This document shows, piece by piece, positions 19,909 through 31,000 of a stretch of DNA of 64,000 nt. Where the stretch lies: the IMG/VR virus record IMGVR_UViG_3300030104_006589, positions 62,001-126,000 of that record; one strand, given 5' to 3'. A program made the translations under genes and the position numbers. This DNA comes from an uncultured virus (IMG/VR IMGVR_UViG_3300030104_006589). Its lineage: Duplodnaviria; Heunggongvirae; Uroviricota; Caudoviricetes. Each line of letters starts with the position of its first letter. The stretch's first letter is position 1. A model generated the notes under the pieces. The model was not told the DNA's origin, made no database searches, and worked only from the letters and a program-made list of their open reading frames with translations.

Positions 19909-20984
19909 TAACTGCTTCCACTAATTTTTAATCCTTTTGTGTCGGTCACTTCGAAAGTAAATTCAGCATCAAAGCTCATTTGTCCATTAACGGGCATCGA
20001 ATAATTATAGGAAGATAGTTGGGCATCTTCGATCTTATAAATTATTTTTTTATCTCCTGAAGTTGATAAGGTTAAGTCAAAATCATAACTAGAGTTGTTC
20101 TTTAAAACTCCAGTCATTTGACCACTATCAAAACCTGAAACCAAAGAGGAAACGGCAAAAGATCCTTGCGCGGGCAGTTGAGCTTTTCTGCCATAAACAA
20201 AATCACTTCCCAAGCCATAATTAGCCACTCTGCCCAGATTTACAGACATATTTACAGATTGAACAAAATGAGTTCCAGAAAGCCTCTGTCCTCCTACTTG
20301 TAAATTTTCTAAATTTACAGTGCTGGCAGATCTAGAGGGATTTGGAATTTCAGGCTTAGGCAATCCATTATCAAAATTAAATAGACACAACCCCACTTGA
20401 TTATTATTGCCGCTTTCTAAGTTAATAGCGGGAGATTGCATACTAGTCCCAGTTAAATTTTCATACTTCATATTAGAACAAACATAAGAAGTAGAAACCG
20501 TTGGTAATGAATTTATCGAATAAGAAAGCGCATAAGAAGAGGGAAAACAATTTCCGAATGCTATACCTTCCCAACCTGTAAGATTAAGGTCTAACCCGAT
20601 GCTGGCAACTGGCGGTAGCGCATCGTCTTCTTGATTAGGTGTATTTAAAACATAAAAATTAGTATTAGCATCTAAATACCCTGAAAACATTGGAACAAAA
20701 CGCGATATGGACGTTTTACAAAAACAACCATAATATTCATTTTCTAGTAAAGGCTCTGGAATATAAGAAAAATTTAATTGAACGTCAGGTTGGCGGAAAA
20801 TATCTGTAGAAGCGTAATTCTTACTTCCTAGTTGTTTTGTGTTTTGTTGAGGAAAAGAAACAGAATAGTTACAATTCTGAACAAAATTATACAGGTTTAA
20901 ATCTATATTTGATACAGAAAAGGCACTTGTGGAATTTTGAACGCCCACAATCGCATTATTGCTTTTTAAAATATTCCTTGCCAT
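19905..20984 (-). CDS. tail-tube-like structural protein
   Basis: Aligns by eye with 34037..35212 (VQNCNYS/VQSANYS, PDVQLNFSY/PTVNVDFSY, GNCFPSSY..LPT/GNCYISDY..LPT). Confidence 0.65.
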   Translation of the reverse strand: MARNILKSNNAIVGVQNSTSAFSVSNIDLNLYNFVQNCNYSVSFPQQNTKQLGSKNYASTDIFRQPDVQLNFSYIPEPLLENEYYGCFCKTSISRFVPMFSGYLDANTNFYVLNTPNQEDDALPPVASIGLDLNLTGWEGIAFGNCFPSSYALSYSINSLPTVSTSYVCSNMKYENLTGTSMQSPAINLESGNNNQVGLCLFNFDNGLPKPEIPNPSRSASTVNLENLQVGGQRLSGTHFVQSVNMSVNLGRVANYGLGSDFVYGRKAQLPAQGSFAVSSLVSGFDSGQMTGVLKNNSSYDFDLTLSTSGDKKIIYKIEDAQLSSYNYSMPVNGQMSFDAEFTFEVTDTKGLKISGSSY

Positions 20985-20985
20985 C

Positions 20986-21957
20986 TTATGTTCCTGTTGG
21001 GATTACTCCAAGCGGATCTTCTATAAAGTTTACAGTTATCGTATTGGAATTGTGATATTTCCATTCGTGACTCCACTCGGGACAGTAATAAACTTTAGGT
21101 CTATTATATACAGAGGGTATTTGGTGTTCAAATCTGCGATATCCGCCCTTGTTTTCTAGGAAGTGAAGTATGGATTTAGTTTGATGATCACTTATATCAC
21201 TAAAAGTATAATTCATTTCAAAAGCCGCAATATTAGAATTTGTTGTGAGTCTTTGTGTGAATGAATTTTTGTAAGTTAATACATCAGCTTTAATTGGAAC
21301 ATCGTTTTGAACTCCAATATCAGGCTCAAAGAAAAATTTCTTAGTCCACATAGAAGATGCTCCAGTTGGGCAATTGAGGGAATTTCCCGCATGATCTCCA
21401 GTGCAATAATAAAAGTTATCTAATTTGTTTGCGTTTTCTGTTCCGTCTGGGTTTTGCCCCGAGTAAACTACATCATACTTCTTATATGTAGACCCTGGAA
21501 CCCATCCTTGGAATGGTGAATTAACAAACGTTCCACCCGACCAATTAAGCAAAGTTGGAGCTTCATCTATGTTTATTCTAGAAGCCACTTCGAAGTGCTG
21601 ATTGTTTACAAAATTAATTGCGTAATTATCACAATAGCCAGTGACCGTTTGATATATTCCAGAATTATCTGGAGTAAATTCCAACTGTCTATCTCCCGAC
21701 TTACTCTCAAAAAACGTAGCTAATTTTCTAGCGCCCTGTTCATTAACATCATATCTAACGCTAAAAGTCGCAGTTAAACTGTTAACTGAAAGCGGAATTA
21801 AATTGTAATAAAAATCATCAGTTTCATAACTATGATTGTTTCCTTTGAACTCCACCTTGGAACCATAAACGGGAGTATAGGACATTCCCGACAGTTCTGC
21901 GGGAACTGTAATTCCTGAGATGTTTTCATCTCTATTATAAAATAATGCTTCGCTCAT
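20986..21957 (-). CDS. minor tail/tail-tip protein
   Basis: Position after tape measure; two similar halves (FFESKSG / FLENKGG), resembling lambda gpM-like distal tail proteins. Confidence 0.55.
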   Translation of the reverse strand: MSEALFYNRDENISGITVPAELSGMSYTPVYGSKVEFKGNNHSYETDDFYYNLIPLSVNSLTATFSVRYDVNEQGARKLATFFESKSGDRQLEFTPDNSGIYQTVTGYCDNYAINFVNNQHFEVASRINIDEAPTLLNWSGGTFVNSPFQGWVPGSTYKKYDVVYSGQNPDGTENANKLDNFYYCTGDHAGNSLNCPTGASSMWTKKFFFEPDIGVQNDVPIKADVLTYKNSFTQRLTTNSNIAAFEMNYTFSDISDHQTKSILHFLENKGGYRRFEHQIPSVYNRPKVYYCPEWSHEWKYHNSNTITVNFIEDPLGVIPTGT

Positions 21958-22763
21958 TGATGACCAATATAGTTGAGAGTTAAACGAGCATTACCCGCAG
22001 CAGTAGAATTTAACTGTTCACCAACCAAAGAAGCGTTTGGAATATTCAGCGACTGAAGTGTTGTCCCGTCTCTTCCTTTTATTGTGAATGTTACAGTTCT
22101 GTCTATTTTTTCTCCTAAAAAATTATAACCGCTTTCTAAAAAAGTATCATCCACCTCTATCTGAACGCTAGCTGTATAGGAAATTGGAGGAATATGTTTA
22201 ACACTAACGGGATCTTCAGATCCTATCGTGTAGTAGGGCTTTTTATTTGTTCTTAGTGAGTAATCAAACCCTATAACTCGATTTGTTGTGCTATTGTCAC
22301 AGGTAGCAGTAATTGAACCCTGACTCGGAACAAAAATGTTTGTATTTGTTGTTCCAGTGGCGTTTATTCCGCTTGCCATTTCCCCATAAACAGTGAAGTT
22401 GGCATTTACTTGAGGAATACTTCCAACCGCACAGTTAACAGAATAGTTATTTAAGTAGCCACTTTCAAAACCATATGAAGTGTTGTTGTTATAGTTAAAG
22501 CTACCCTTCATAACTTTAGACGCTCCCGTAAAATCTAAAACGGGATCATTATAAATTAAACGACGAGAAAAAGAAACAGTCTGAGACGTTGCCCCACCAA
22601 TAACAGTAAAACCGTTTTTGTATCCAAGTGGATTAGTAGTTCTTGCGTTATTGTTATAAGCTATATCTATCGACTCAACCCCTGACAACTCCCTAGCTGA
22701 CAGTGTTGCCTCTTGCCCAGAAATGAAAAAGTGAGCATCGTAATTTGCCGTTGATCCATACAT
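21954..22763 (-). CDS. tail-tube-like structural protein
   Basis: Directly downstream of tape measure; SGYLNNYSVNCAVGSIPQV resembles the tube motif. Confidence 0.55.
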   Translation of the reverse strand: MYGSTANYDAHFFISGQEATLSARELSGVESIDIAYNNNARTTNPLGYKNGFTVIGGATSQTVSFSRRLIYNDPVLDFTGASKVMKGSFNYNNNTSYGFESGYLNNYSVNCAVGSIPQVNANFTVYGEMASGINATGTTNTNIFVPSQGSITATCDNSTTNRVIGFDYSLRTNKKPYYTIGSEDPVSVKHIPPISYTASVQIEVDDTFLESGYNFLGEKIDRTVTFTIKGRDGTTLQSLNIPNASLVGEQLNSTAAGNARLTLNYIGHQ

Positions 22764-25700
22764 TATGCGTTAGCTTGTCTTAATGATCCTCCGAGTCTCT
22801 TCTCTTCATCAATAACTTGTCTTACAACATCTCTAATTCTGACTGCCAAGGATTGTTCTCTATCACTACCGTTGCCATCTTGCTCTGTTGAGCCGTCTGA
22901 ATTGACAGTAATATTAATAGTGCTTTCTCCTCGATTTTCAGAAACATCAATAAGTTCATCAAGTCTATTGACTACTTCTCCGCTGTCTCCTCCTGCTCCA
23001 GAATTCAATGCAGCCAAGTTTCCTCTACCGATGTTTTGTGTAGCAGCAGCGTTCATTACAAACTCACCACCCGACAACATTGTTGGAACCGTGTCTACTC
23101 CTGCGGCATAAGGAACGGAACCTCCTGTAGCTCTTTTAAAAGACCCAAACCCGCCATGGAAAAGATCTTGCTGCCTCTCGTTATTGAGAGCGTCATTCAA
23201 TAAGAAGTCAAAGTTATTTGAGGGAAGCCCTTCGACTCTCGGACCAAATCCCATATTAGGTCTATTAGATAGTGATTGAAGTTGAACACCACCTCCCGTC
23301 ATGCTGAACATTCCCTGTCCAACTCCACCCGCTCTACTGAAGGTGCTAGGGTCACGCATTCCAATGCTGCCGTCTTTTCTTTTAAAGAATAAATCGGATG
23401 GGGCTGGACCTTCAGGTCTACCCCTAAATATTCCGCCAAGACCACCAAACTTTTCTCCCCTAAATTCAAATCCCGTAAAGCCAGATTTAAACGCCTCTCC
23501 ATATCCCGCTCCTGCGGCGCGAGCCTCACCAAAACCTTCCGCAAAAGAACCAATTCCCGCACTTAAGACAGCCATTCCTATAGAACCCAAGAGAGCCTTT
23601 CTTTGTGCTTTCTTTTGTTCTTCATACTGTTGTAGAGCTTGGTAATGCTGAGAGTAAGCTCCAAAGGCTTCCTGTTTAGATTGTTGTTCTCTTCTAGATG
23701 CTGGGTCTCTAGCTATAGCCCTTCTTGTCATCCTTACGCTTTGTGGTTCTAGAGCTATTCCAGCAAAATTATTACCGCTAACTATCTCATCTCTAAATCC
23801 TGACGTTCCATACTGAGTTGAAAAACTTAACAAGGCTCTTGAGCCACTGATAGCCCCTTGTCCAAAACTTCCTGGGGTAAACAACCCTCCTCCTTGCATT
23901 GTTTGGATTGCCCCTCTGTTAAGAGCAGCCATAAAGTCGGGTCCATATCTTTCTACAGCCCCCCTATTCATTACAAACTCTCCACCTGTAAGCATAGTTG
24001 GAATATCGTCACGAACTCCAGAACCTCCATTTATCATTCCTCCTTTATTCCTATTAAGGAACGACATTCCAAGACCAGAAGTGAAGTTTTGCATTGCGGC
24101 TCTCATGTTAGCGCGAGCCATATCCAAGAAGAAATCAGCGGCAGCTTTTCTCAACGTGGAACCTAAGTCCTCTCCTTTTGCAATGGCATCTACGAGACCA
24201 TCTGAAATTTTATTAGTAAATGAAGTTGCAGATCTAACCAATCCGTCAGTCAAGGTGTTTTGAATCTCAGCCTGACTAAAGACAAAAGCGTCTTCCATCT
24301 TTGCGGCAAGACTGTCATTAACTTCTAAACGCTCTTTTTCTAGTTGAAGTATTTGTTCCTTAATTTGTCTTACTTTTTCAGAATCAACCCCTTCCGCCTT
24401 CATTGCATCGGCAAGTTCAATTTGGAGTTCCATCTGTTGGCGAACAACATCATCCTCTCTCTCAATAGATCTTCTACCTGCGCGAGTTCTGCTAAGGAAT
24501 TTTCGATCCTCTCTTTCTTCTAGCACCGCATTGGCTGTTGCCCTAGCTGTATCTCCAGAGCTTCCACTCCCCTCTCTCCTCTCATTTGTTTCGAGCATCC
24601 TGTTCAAACTCGAAATCATATCGGAACCAGACCTAGCAAACAAAAAGTCAAATTTTAGTTGTTCTGTTGCTTGGCGCAAGCTTTGAGAAAAATCACTTAA
24701 CAGTCGGCTTAAATTTTTGAAATTGTCAGCCAAGCCAATGCTTGTATTGTTTATTCCTTTAGCTCCTTCGGCTGCTAAACCAGTTGTTTGTAGATTGACG
24801 ATTGCTTCGGTAATGGCTTGAACCAAGTTCTTAAATGCCTCTGATTGTTTCGGATCTTTGAGGTTTATCCCCAACTCTGCTGGATCTTTTAATCTATCCT
24901 GAACTTTTTGCAAACGAGCAAGCTCGGGTATATTTTCATTTGTGAGAATTGCATTAATTGTTTCAAAACCGCCAGAAAGACCTTTAAAAGTCTTTAAAAA
25001 GTTTTGAACTTCTGTGTTGGCATCCTTTACGGCTTTTATTTGCTCATCCGATACCTCTAAATCTTTTAATTCGTTAAGAAGTTTTACTTCTTGTCTTCTA
25101 GTTGTTACTGGATCTGCTCCTCTTTGACCTCGATTCCTTACTTCGCTTAATTCGGTTTCAATTTGAATTCTCCTTCTTGCGCTTTTGGTCGTTTTATCAA
25201 AGGCTTCTTTTCTCGCTGCCAAAGTAAGCTCTGCCCTTGTCTCCTTTAAAATATCAAGAGTTTCTTGATCTAGTTTCTTCTGCTTAAAGCCAGCTTCTAT
25301 GTTTTTATCCCTTTCTTCTTTTTGGCGAATTAAGTTGGTTATCATGGCCTCAAAGACCTTATTTAGCTCTGTAGCCTCACCACCTTCCGCATCAGCCAGT
25401 TTTAGAATTTCAGCAAAAAGGTCTTTTCTTTTACCTGAGTCCTGTAAATCTTCAGCACTCATTGACTGAATTTTTTCCCTAATTTTATTTCTCTGTTCTT
25501 CGCTTACCTCTAACTGTTCGCTGGCATTAATTTGTTTTATAACCTGCGCTCCGATGTCTATATTTAATTTTTTGCTATTACCCTCAAGGGATATTTTTTT
25601 CTGCAAATCAAGCAAGCCTTTAGCACTAAGAGTGTTTAAAGCTTGTCCTGTAGCTAAGTCTTTTTCACTTTGGGAAATTCTCTGAGATTTAATTTCATTA

Positions 25701-28700
25701 ATTTTAAGCTCAGTAGTTAATTGAGCTTGGGCAATATCTGCCCTCATCTGAGCTATACGCTCTAATTTTGAACCGCCTTTCGTCGTTTCTTGTTCCAGCA
25801 GTTGTTCAGCCATTGCTTTTGCTGATCCTTTTTGAAGAGTAATTCCTCTTTGTTTAGCTCCTTCTTCAAATTGTGTAGCAAGTGCAGTAACTATTCCAGT
25901 TGTTTTTCCTCCAACCATCTGACCCATTCCTTGTCCACCCCCCATTGGATCAAAGGCTCCCATGCTACTCAGTGTCGTTCCTTGACTCTCTGCAAATGCC
26001 CTCGCCCTTCCTAGTGAAGCAAGTCTTGCTCGGTCTTGAGGACTGACCTGATTAATTAATTGTTGTTGTATTCCTGATACATCAACATTTGATAAATTGG
26101 CAAGCGCGGTTCTTCTATCCCGCGCTTGCTGCATAGTTAATTTATTTTGAGTTGTAATAGTAGAAGGGCCACCATACATTGATGTAACTCTTCTGGTGGT
26201 CGTTCCAGCTTCTTTCCTAAAAGATTCTAATATTTTATTTATATCTTCTTCAGATCTTCCAGCTAGAACGGCTTGCTTAACTAGTTCAGATGTTTGATCT
26301 AGTTGTTTCTGTTCAGCTTTGTTAGATATACCCGCAATGCCAGTTTTACCTATACTCTTCCTAACTCTTTCCTGAACCTCTTCTGATCTACCTTTGAGAC
26401 CCTCTTTAAATTCATCTGGAACTTTTAGTTCGCTTAATTCTTTAGCTGCTCTTTTTGATGAATCTGCAATCAAATCAGCGCCTCTTTTGTATTCGGCAGC
26501 CGTTCCCGCATTAGCATCTCGTATCATATTGAATATTTTTACTGCACCCATTACAGCACCAGCAGCAAGTCCCACAGGACCAGCAAACCTTAACAATGCA
26601 CCACCAACGATCTTTAGAGGCCCAAGAATACTTAAACCCACACCTCTTGCAGCTAAACCCGCTCCTCCTCTTGTTAATCCTCTTAATCCGCCTCTTCTTG
26701 CAGCAGCTAAATCACTTCTTCCAACTACGCTTGCCGCTCTACCGCTCGACATAATCTGCGAGCCAGTCCTTCCACCAACGGTTCCCCTTCCGATTAAATT
26801 TCGTCCAATATTGCCCATCCCTCCAAATGCGGAACTAGTCATAAACGCAATCATGGCAATATTTAGAGCTTGCATGGTCGCGGCTACCATTTGGTTTTTC
26901 TCAGTAACCTCTCCCAGAACTCCAGACAACATGCCAAAAGCCCCTTGAAGAACGAGCAACTTGGTCATGAAGCCGCCAAATCCTGAGTCCATTCCCCCAT
27001 CACCCCCTCTTCCCTTGGCAAAGTTTGGAATTGCACCTGTGGGTTCGTCACGCATATTCGTGACAGCTAAGCCCATTGGGTTTCGAGAATTTCTAAGAGA
27101 TGAGTCTTGATTTACTCTTATCTGATTAACTGGAACCCCTGCGGCAGACTCTCTTTGTATTGCGTCCTGCAATGGGCTTGCGCTATAATTCGGAATGAAA
27201 CCTCCTGCCGCTCTTTTTACTCCAAATCTTTTGTTTGGATCTTTTCGAGCTAAGGATAAAATATAAGAGGTTTCTTTTCGGTCATTAAGAGCTTTAGAAA
27301 TTATGGTTCTGACGGCATCGTTTGATGCTGTTCTTTTTGCGTCTGCTCTTTGCAAAGCATTAGAAAAACCAAATGAACGTTTGAATGCATTATCAGCGGT
27401 TCCACCTTCTTCAAAATCAAAAGGCGCTCTTTCCCCGACATGACTCTTGAATTCATCTATCGCAGCCGCTCCCTTGGTAACCAAGTTCACTGCCGACTCA
27501 AAAATTCCACCCTCGACTGAACTTGAGAATAAAGCAGAAGATCCTCCTTTGCCCGTTATTGATCCAAGCTTTCCTTTTATTTTGGTAAGCTCATCGTTTT
27601 TAAAAGTTTTACCTACAAGATCAGAACCATACTTTAAAAGACCTGAGGCAAAATATCTTCCTATTTTTCTTCGGTTCTCCGAAGGATTCATGCCTCCTTT
27701 TTGGTTCTTTTGCATATCCTGCAAACTCCTTATCTGGATTCCGCTGAATTGAAGGTTTGAAACACCCCTTCTTTGAAGCATTCTAGCCCCAAGGCTTTTT
27801 TCACCAGTGATATTCATACTGGCGGTATCTGTAACCTTTCCTGGGAATAGAGCAGCTACTCCATACCTTTGAGCGGGGACATTTAAAACGGTGCTGGCTC
27901 CAAGCAAACCAATTGCAGCTTGTTGTCTGCGAGGATCTCTTGATTTTTTAGCAGCAGCCTCAATGACTGTCTGGCTTTGCCCTCTTAAAGCCTTGGTATA
28001 ATCGGCTACACTTCTAACCCTTGCAAAATTAGGAATATACCCCGCTGCTCCAGCGCCAACTCTTCTCGCCCCCGCAGGAAGACCTGTAGTTTGAGCCATT
28101 TCTTGAGTAAAAATTGCTGAACCTCCACCCGCATAATTAGGAACTACAAATTCGCTATTATTAGCGATCATTGTCCCTTTTTCTCCACCACCGAAAGCAA
28201 AGTTAGGAATGGTTACGGGGCGAGCATCTGATGGTGCTCCACCTACTCCCCTGTTAATATCTCTTTGTTCAGCCAATCTTGCCGTCTGAGGAGAATCCCC
28301 TCCATAACCCCTAACTTGGTTGTAATTAGGAATAAAGCCCATTGCTCCTCGCCTCGCCCTCGCACCTCTTGTCCCCGCTACAACCCCAGGAGTTATACGA
28401 GATGCAATACCCTGCATCTTAACCATTGTTGCTAGCTGTTCATTTAAAGCAACTGTAAAAAACTTAGTTTGAGCCACACGTTTCTGCTCTGTGGTCAACG
28501 TGCTATTTTCAATAGATAAAATTTGTTGCTGAATACCCTTATTGTTTAAAAGGGTGGATGCTATTTGTCCCTGTGTAGCAGCAAGGTCTTTTGCTGTCTT
28601 ATTTAACCCAAAGAAAGTTTGTAACGAAGTAGTTCCAAATTTAACCAGATCAATAGTTAACTTTGCAATAATAGCACCAAAGATAGCTAATCCAGGTCCA

Positions 28701-29977
28701 CTAAGAACATTACTAATGCCCTTAACAATACCTCGCGCTAAATCACTGCCTAGACCCTCGCCTTCTAAAACGTCTTTAATGTTACTCACTAGAGAGTTAA
28801 AGAAACCAAGGATATTCTTCAAGCTGTCTGTTACGCCAATTTCACCAAGAGTATTCGCCAGTTCTTTAAGGTTGACTGTTGCTTGGTTAATAGCAGTTGA
28901 TAGAGTTTCGTTGAGAGCAATATTTCGACCATAAGCCTCATTAGTTGCTGCCGCTGCGATTTCAGTGACCTTAATCGCTGTAGAAGTTTTTTGACTATAA
29001 TCATCAAGGATCGCCAAAAATGGGGCAATCTGGAACTTGCCAACTAGGTTCTCAGCAATTTGTAGTCTTCGTGCGTCAGGAAAGTTTTCTAAAGCTTTAG
29101 CAAGATTTTGAATTAATTGAGTTCCGCTTAGCACGTTTCCAGAAACGTCACTAATTTGAATTCCAAGATTTTGCATTGTCCGTAACTTGTCAATGCTTTG
29201 TATCCTTGTGAAAATTGTTTTGAAGGAGTTACCAATGACCGCACCTCCTCGGGCAGTCTTTTCTTGAACAGCAGTGATCACACCAACCAATTCATCCAAA
29301 CTAACTCCAGCCTGAATAGCAACCGCTCCTGAACGCTTAATGCCCTCAATCAAGTCTCTTTCCGAAACCGCTGCGCTCACAGCAGCCGCCGAAAGCTTGT
29401 TGAGAACTTCTGCGCTTGTTACTCCCTCTCTGTTAAAAGAGTTAATCGCCGCAGTAAGGCCAGCCACAGCTTCTGCCGCCCCCAGCCCAGACAAACGACT
29501 CAAGATTAGAGCATCATTCAATCTCTTTTGAACCTCTTCAGCCTTCAAACCTTGACGACTGAGTTCTAATGCAGCATTTGCAACAGTATCAAAAGACTGT
29601 TCTGTATTTTTAGCTACATCAAAAATTTCTTTTTTAAATCTACTTAATTGTTCACCAGTTTGTCCCAAGATGCTGTTAATCGCAGTCATCTGCTTCTCCA
29701 CCTCAATGGTGGTAGTGATCAAATCTTTAAAGCCTTTTGTGACGGCTGATAAAACTCCTACAGAAGCTCCGAATGCCAACACCCTTGCGTTGGCGGCTTC
29801 CATGGACTTGGTGAACTGGTCTGCCTTGCCAGTGATACGACCCAACGGTTGAGACAGACTCTCAACGCTTTTGGCGCTTGATCCTAAATTTATCTGAAGA
29901 TTTTTACCCGCTTTTTTGGCCGCAGCCTGAATGCTGGCTTCTAATCCTGTTACTGTTGCTGGTATCTGAAGTGGCAT
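22763..29977 (-). CDS. tail tape measure protein (2404 aa)
   Basis: TP901-type N-terminus (ELSRQG, GGAVIGNSFKTIFTRI), long helical Ala/Gly-rich body, C-terminal DDIPTMLTGGEFVMN and DTVPTMLSGGEFVMN. Confidence 0.93.
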   Translation of the reverse strand: MPLQIPATVTGLEASIQAAAKKAGKNLQINLGSSAKSVESLSQPLGRITGKADQFTKSMEAANARVLAFGASVGVLSAVTKGFKDLITTTIEVEKQMTAINSILGQTGEQLSRFKKEIFDVAKNTEQSFDTVANAALELSRQGLKAEEVQKRLNDALILSRLSGLGAAEAVAGLTAAINSFNREGVTSAEVLNKLSAAAVSAAVSERDLIEGIKRSGAVAIQAGVSLDELVGVITAVQEKTARGGAVIGNSFKTIFTRIQSIDKLRTMQNLGIQISDVSGNVLSGTQLIQNLAKALENFPDARRLQIAENLVGKFQIAPFLAILDDYSQKTSTAIKVTEIAAAATNEAYGRNIALNETLSTAINQATVNLKELANTLGEIGVTDSLKNILGFFNSLVSNIKDVLEGEGLGSDLARGIVKGISNVLSGPGLAIFGAIIAKLTIDLVKFGTTSLQTFFGLNKTAKDLAATQGQIASTLLNNKGIQQQILSIENSTLTTEQKRVAQTKFFTVALNEQLATMVKMQGIASRITPGVVAGTRGARARRGAMGFIPNYNQVRGYGGDSPQTARLAEQRDINRGVGGAPSDARPVTIPNFAFGGGEKGTMIANNSEFVVPNYAGGGSAIFTQEMAQTTGLPAGARRVGAGAAGYIPNFARVRSVADYTKALRGQSQTVIEAAAKKSRDPRRQQAAIGLLGASTVLNVPAQRYGVAALFPGKVTDTASMNITGEKSLGARMLQRRGVSNLQFSGIQIRSLQDMQKNQKGGMNPSENRRKIGRYFASGLLKYGSDLVGKTFKNDELTKIKGKLGSITGKGGSSALFSSSVEGGIFESAVNLVTKGAAAIDEFKSHVGERAPFDFEEGGTADNAFKRSFGFSNALQRADAKRTASNDAVRTIISKALNDRKETSYILSLARKDPNKRFGVKRAAGGFIPNYSASPLQDAIQRESAAGVPVNQIRVNQDSSLRNSRNPMGLAVTNMRDEPTGAIPNFAKGRGGDGGMDSGFGGFMTKLLVLQGAFGMLSGVLGEVTEKNQMVAATMQALNIAMIAFMTSSAFGGMGNIGRNLIGRGTVGGRTGSQIMSSGRAASVVGRSDLAAARRGGLRGLTRGGAGLAARGVGLSILGPLKIVGGALLRFAGPVGLAAGAVMGAVKIFNMIRDANAGTAAEYKRGADLIADSSKRAAKELSELKVPDEFKEGLKGRSEEVQERVRKSIGKTGIAGISNKAEQKQLDQTSELVKQAVLAGRSEEDINKILESFRKEAGTTTRRVTSMYGGPSTITTQNKLTMQQARDRRTALANLSNVDVSGIQQQLINQVSPQDRARLASLGRARAFAESQGTTLSSMGAFDPMGGGQGMGQMVGGKTTGIVTALATQFEEGAKQRGITLQKGSAKAMAEQLLEQETTKGGSKLERIAQMRADIAQAQLTTELKINEIKSQRISQSEKDLATGQALNTLSAKGLLDLQKKISLEGNSKKLNIDIGAQVIKQINASEQLEVSEEQRNKIREKIQSMSAEDLQDSGKRKDLFAEILKLADAEGGEATELNKVFEAMITNLIRQKEERDKNIEAGFKQKKLDQETLDILKETRAELTLAARKEAFDKTTKSARRRIQIETELSEVRNRGQRGADPVTTRRQEVKLLNELKDLEVSDEQIKAVKDANTEVQNFLKTFKGLSGGFETINAILTNENIPELARLQKVQDRLKDPAELGINLKDPKQSEAFKNLVQAITEAIVNLQTTGLAAEGAKGINNTSIGLADNFKNLSRLLSDFSQSLRQATEQLKFDFLFARSGSDMISSLNRMLETNERREGSGSSGDTARATANAVLEEREDRKFLSRTRAGRRSIEREDDVVRQQMELQIELADAMKAEGVDSEKVRQIKEQILQLEKERLEVNDSLAAKMEDAFVFSQAEIQNTLTDGLVRSATSFTNKISDGLVDAIAKGEDLGSTLRKAAADFFLDMARANMRAAMQNFTSGLGMSFLNRNKGGMINGGSGVRDDIPTMLTGGEFVMNRGAVERYGPDFMAALNRGAIQTMQGGGLFTPGSFGQGAISGSRALLSFSTQYGTSGFRDEIVSGNNFAGIALEPQSVRMTRRAIARDPASRREQQSKQEAFGAYSQHYQALQQYEEQKKAQRKALLGSIGMAVLSAGIGSFAEGFGEARAAGAGYGEAFKSGFTGFEFRGEKFGGLGGIFRGRPEGPAPSDLFFKRKDGSIGMRDPSTFSRAGGVGQGMFSMTGGGVQLQSLSNRPNMGFGPRVEGLPSNNFDFLLNDALNNERQQDLFHGGFGSFKRATGGSVPYAAGVDTVPTMLSGGEFVMNAAATQNIGRGNLAALNSGAGGDSGEVVNRLDELIDVSENRGESTINITVNSDGSTEQDGNGSDREQSLAVRIRDVVRQVIDEEKRLGGSLRQANA

Positions 29978-30010
29978 ATCCGTAAACCTTTGTTTTATTT
30001 ACACAAAGAT

Positions 30011-31000
30011 TTACACATCATGCCCAGCTAATCGCATCATTTGTTTCATATCCAGCTTTCCACCATGCTTTTCTGCTTCTTTGCTGAAATTTGCTTTTTC
30101 TGCATCTCCACCCAGATATTCCACATCTTCTTTTGTAGCACCAAAAACCATCGACACATCTGCATCATCTCTAAGTCCACTTTTAGACTTACTTGAGTCT
30201 TTGTTTCTTTGGGCTTCCGAATAAGCTAAGAGTTGTTCTGGATTATCTTTAATCTTATCAGGAATATCTTCTGTATATTGAAAAATATTAAAAAACATCT
30301 TTCCAAAAAGAACTACTTTTAGCTGAAATATAGTAAGCTCAGTAATTGACTTCCTATAAAACCCCGCCGCATCTTCGCACAAAGATAAATACATGCTGAA
30401 AAATGGCCTCAATACCGCTTCTTGTATTCGGGCATCTGTTAATCTATAGTGTATGTCAGAACTAATCTCTGTAATTTTAGATATTTCCCACGACTCTAAA
30501 TTTCCAAACTCTTCCTCGGTATATAAATGTTCGGTAAGCTCTCTGTTTTTAAACAATAAAAATCTTAAAATCTCGTCTCCGCTTCTAACTGTGGCATAAT
30601 CTTCTGCGGTTTTACCCATAACTTCCGCCCTTTTGCTCTTTAGCTCGGCTAACTCATTACTTCTTTCTTTAATGGTTTCCCGCATAACTTCTTGTTGTGA
30701 GGGCAGAAAAACACTTTTAATGGTTGTTTTTAAATTTTCTAATTCAAATTGTATACCTGCTATTTTTGCGTCATCTTCTTCGGACCATATTCCCTCCTCA
30801 AGAATATATTTTATTCGCTCCTTTTCAGTATCTAATCCCTTTGCCAGAGCCAAGTCTTTGTATTTTTCATAATACTTGTGAAGATATCTTTGATCTCTGA
30901 TATTCATGTGTTTTACAAACACATCTTTATCATTAATCGTTGCCTCGGTGTAGCCATCAAATGCTTCACCTATTAGAGAGATATAGAACTCCTCCTTCAA
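30011..31000 (-). CDS. probable tail assembly chaperone
   Basis: Immediately upstream of tape measure; acidic helical protein; TTG start overlaps the previous stop. Confidence 0.5.
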   Translation of the reverse strand: MKEEFYISLIGEAFDGYTEATINDKDVFVKHMNIRDQRYLHKYYEKYKDLALAKGLDTEKERIKYILEEGIWSEEDDAKIAGIQFELENLKTTIKSVFLPSQQEVMRETIKERSNELAELKSKRAEVMGKTAEDYATVRSGDEILRFLLFKNRELTEHLYTEEEFGNLESWEISKITEISSDIHYRLTDARIQEAVLRPFFSMYLSLCEDAAGFYRKSITELTIFQLKVVLFGKMFFNIFQYTEDIPDKIKDNPEQLLAYSEAQRNKDSSKSKSGLRDDADVSMVFGATKEDVEYLGGDAEKANFSKEAEKHGGKLDMKQMMRLAGHDV

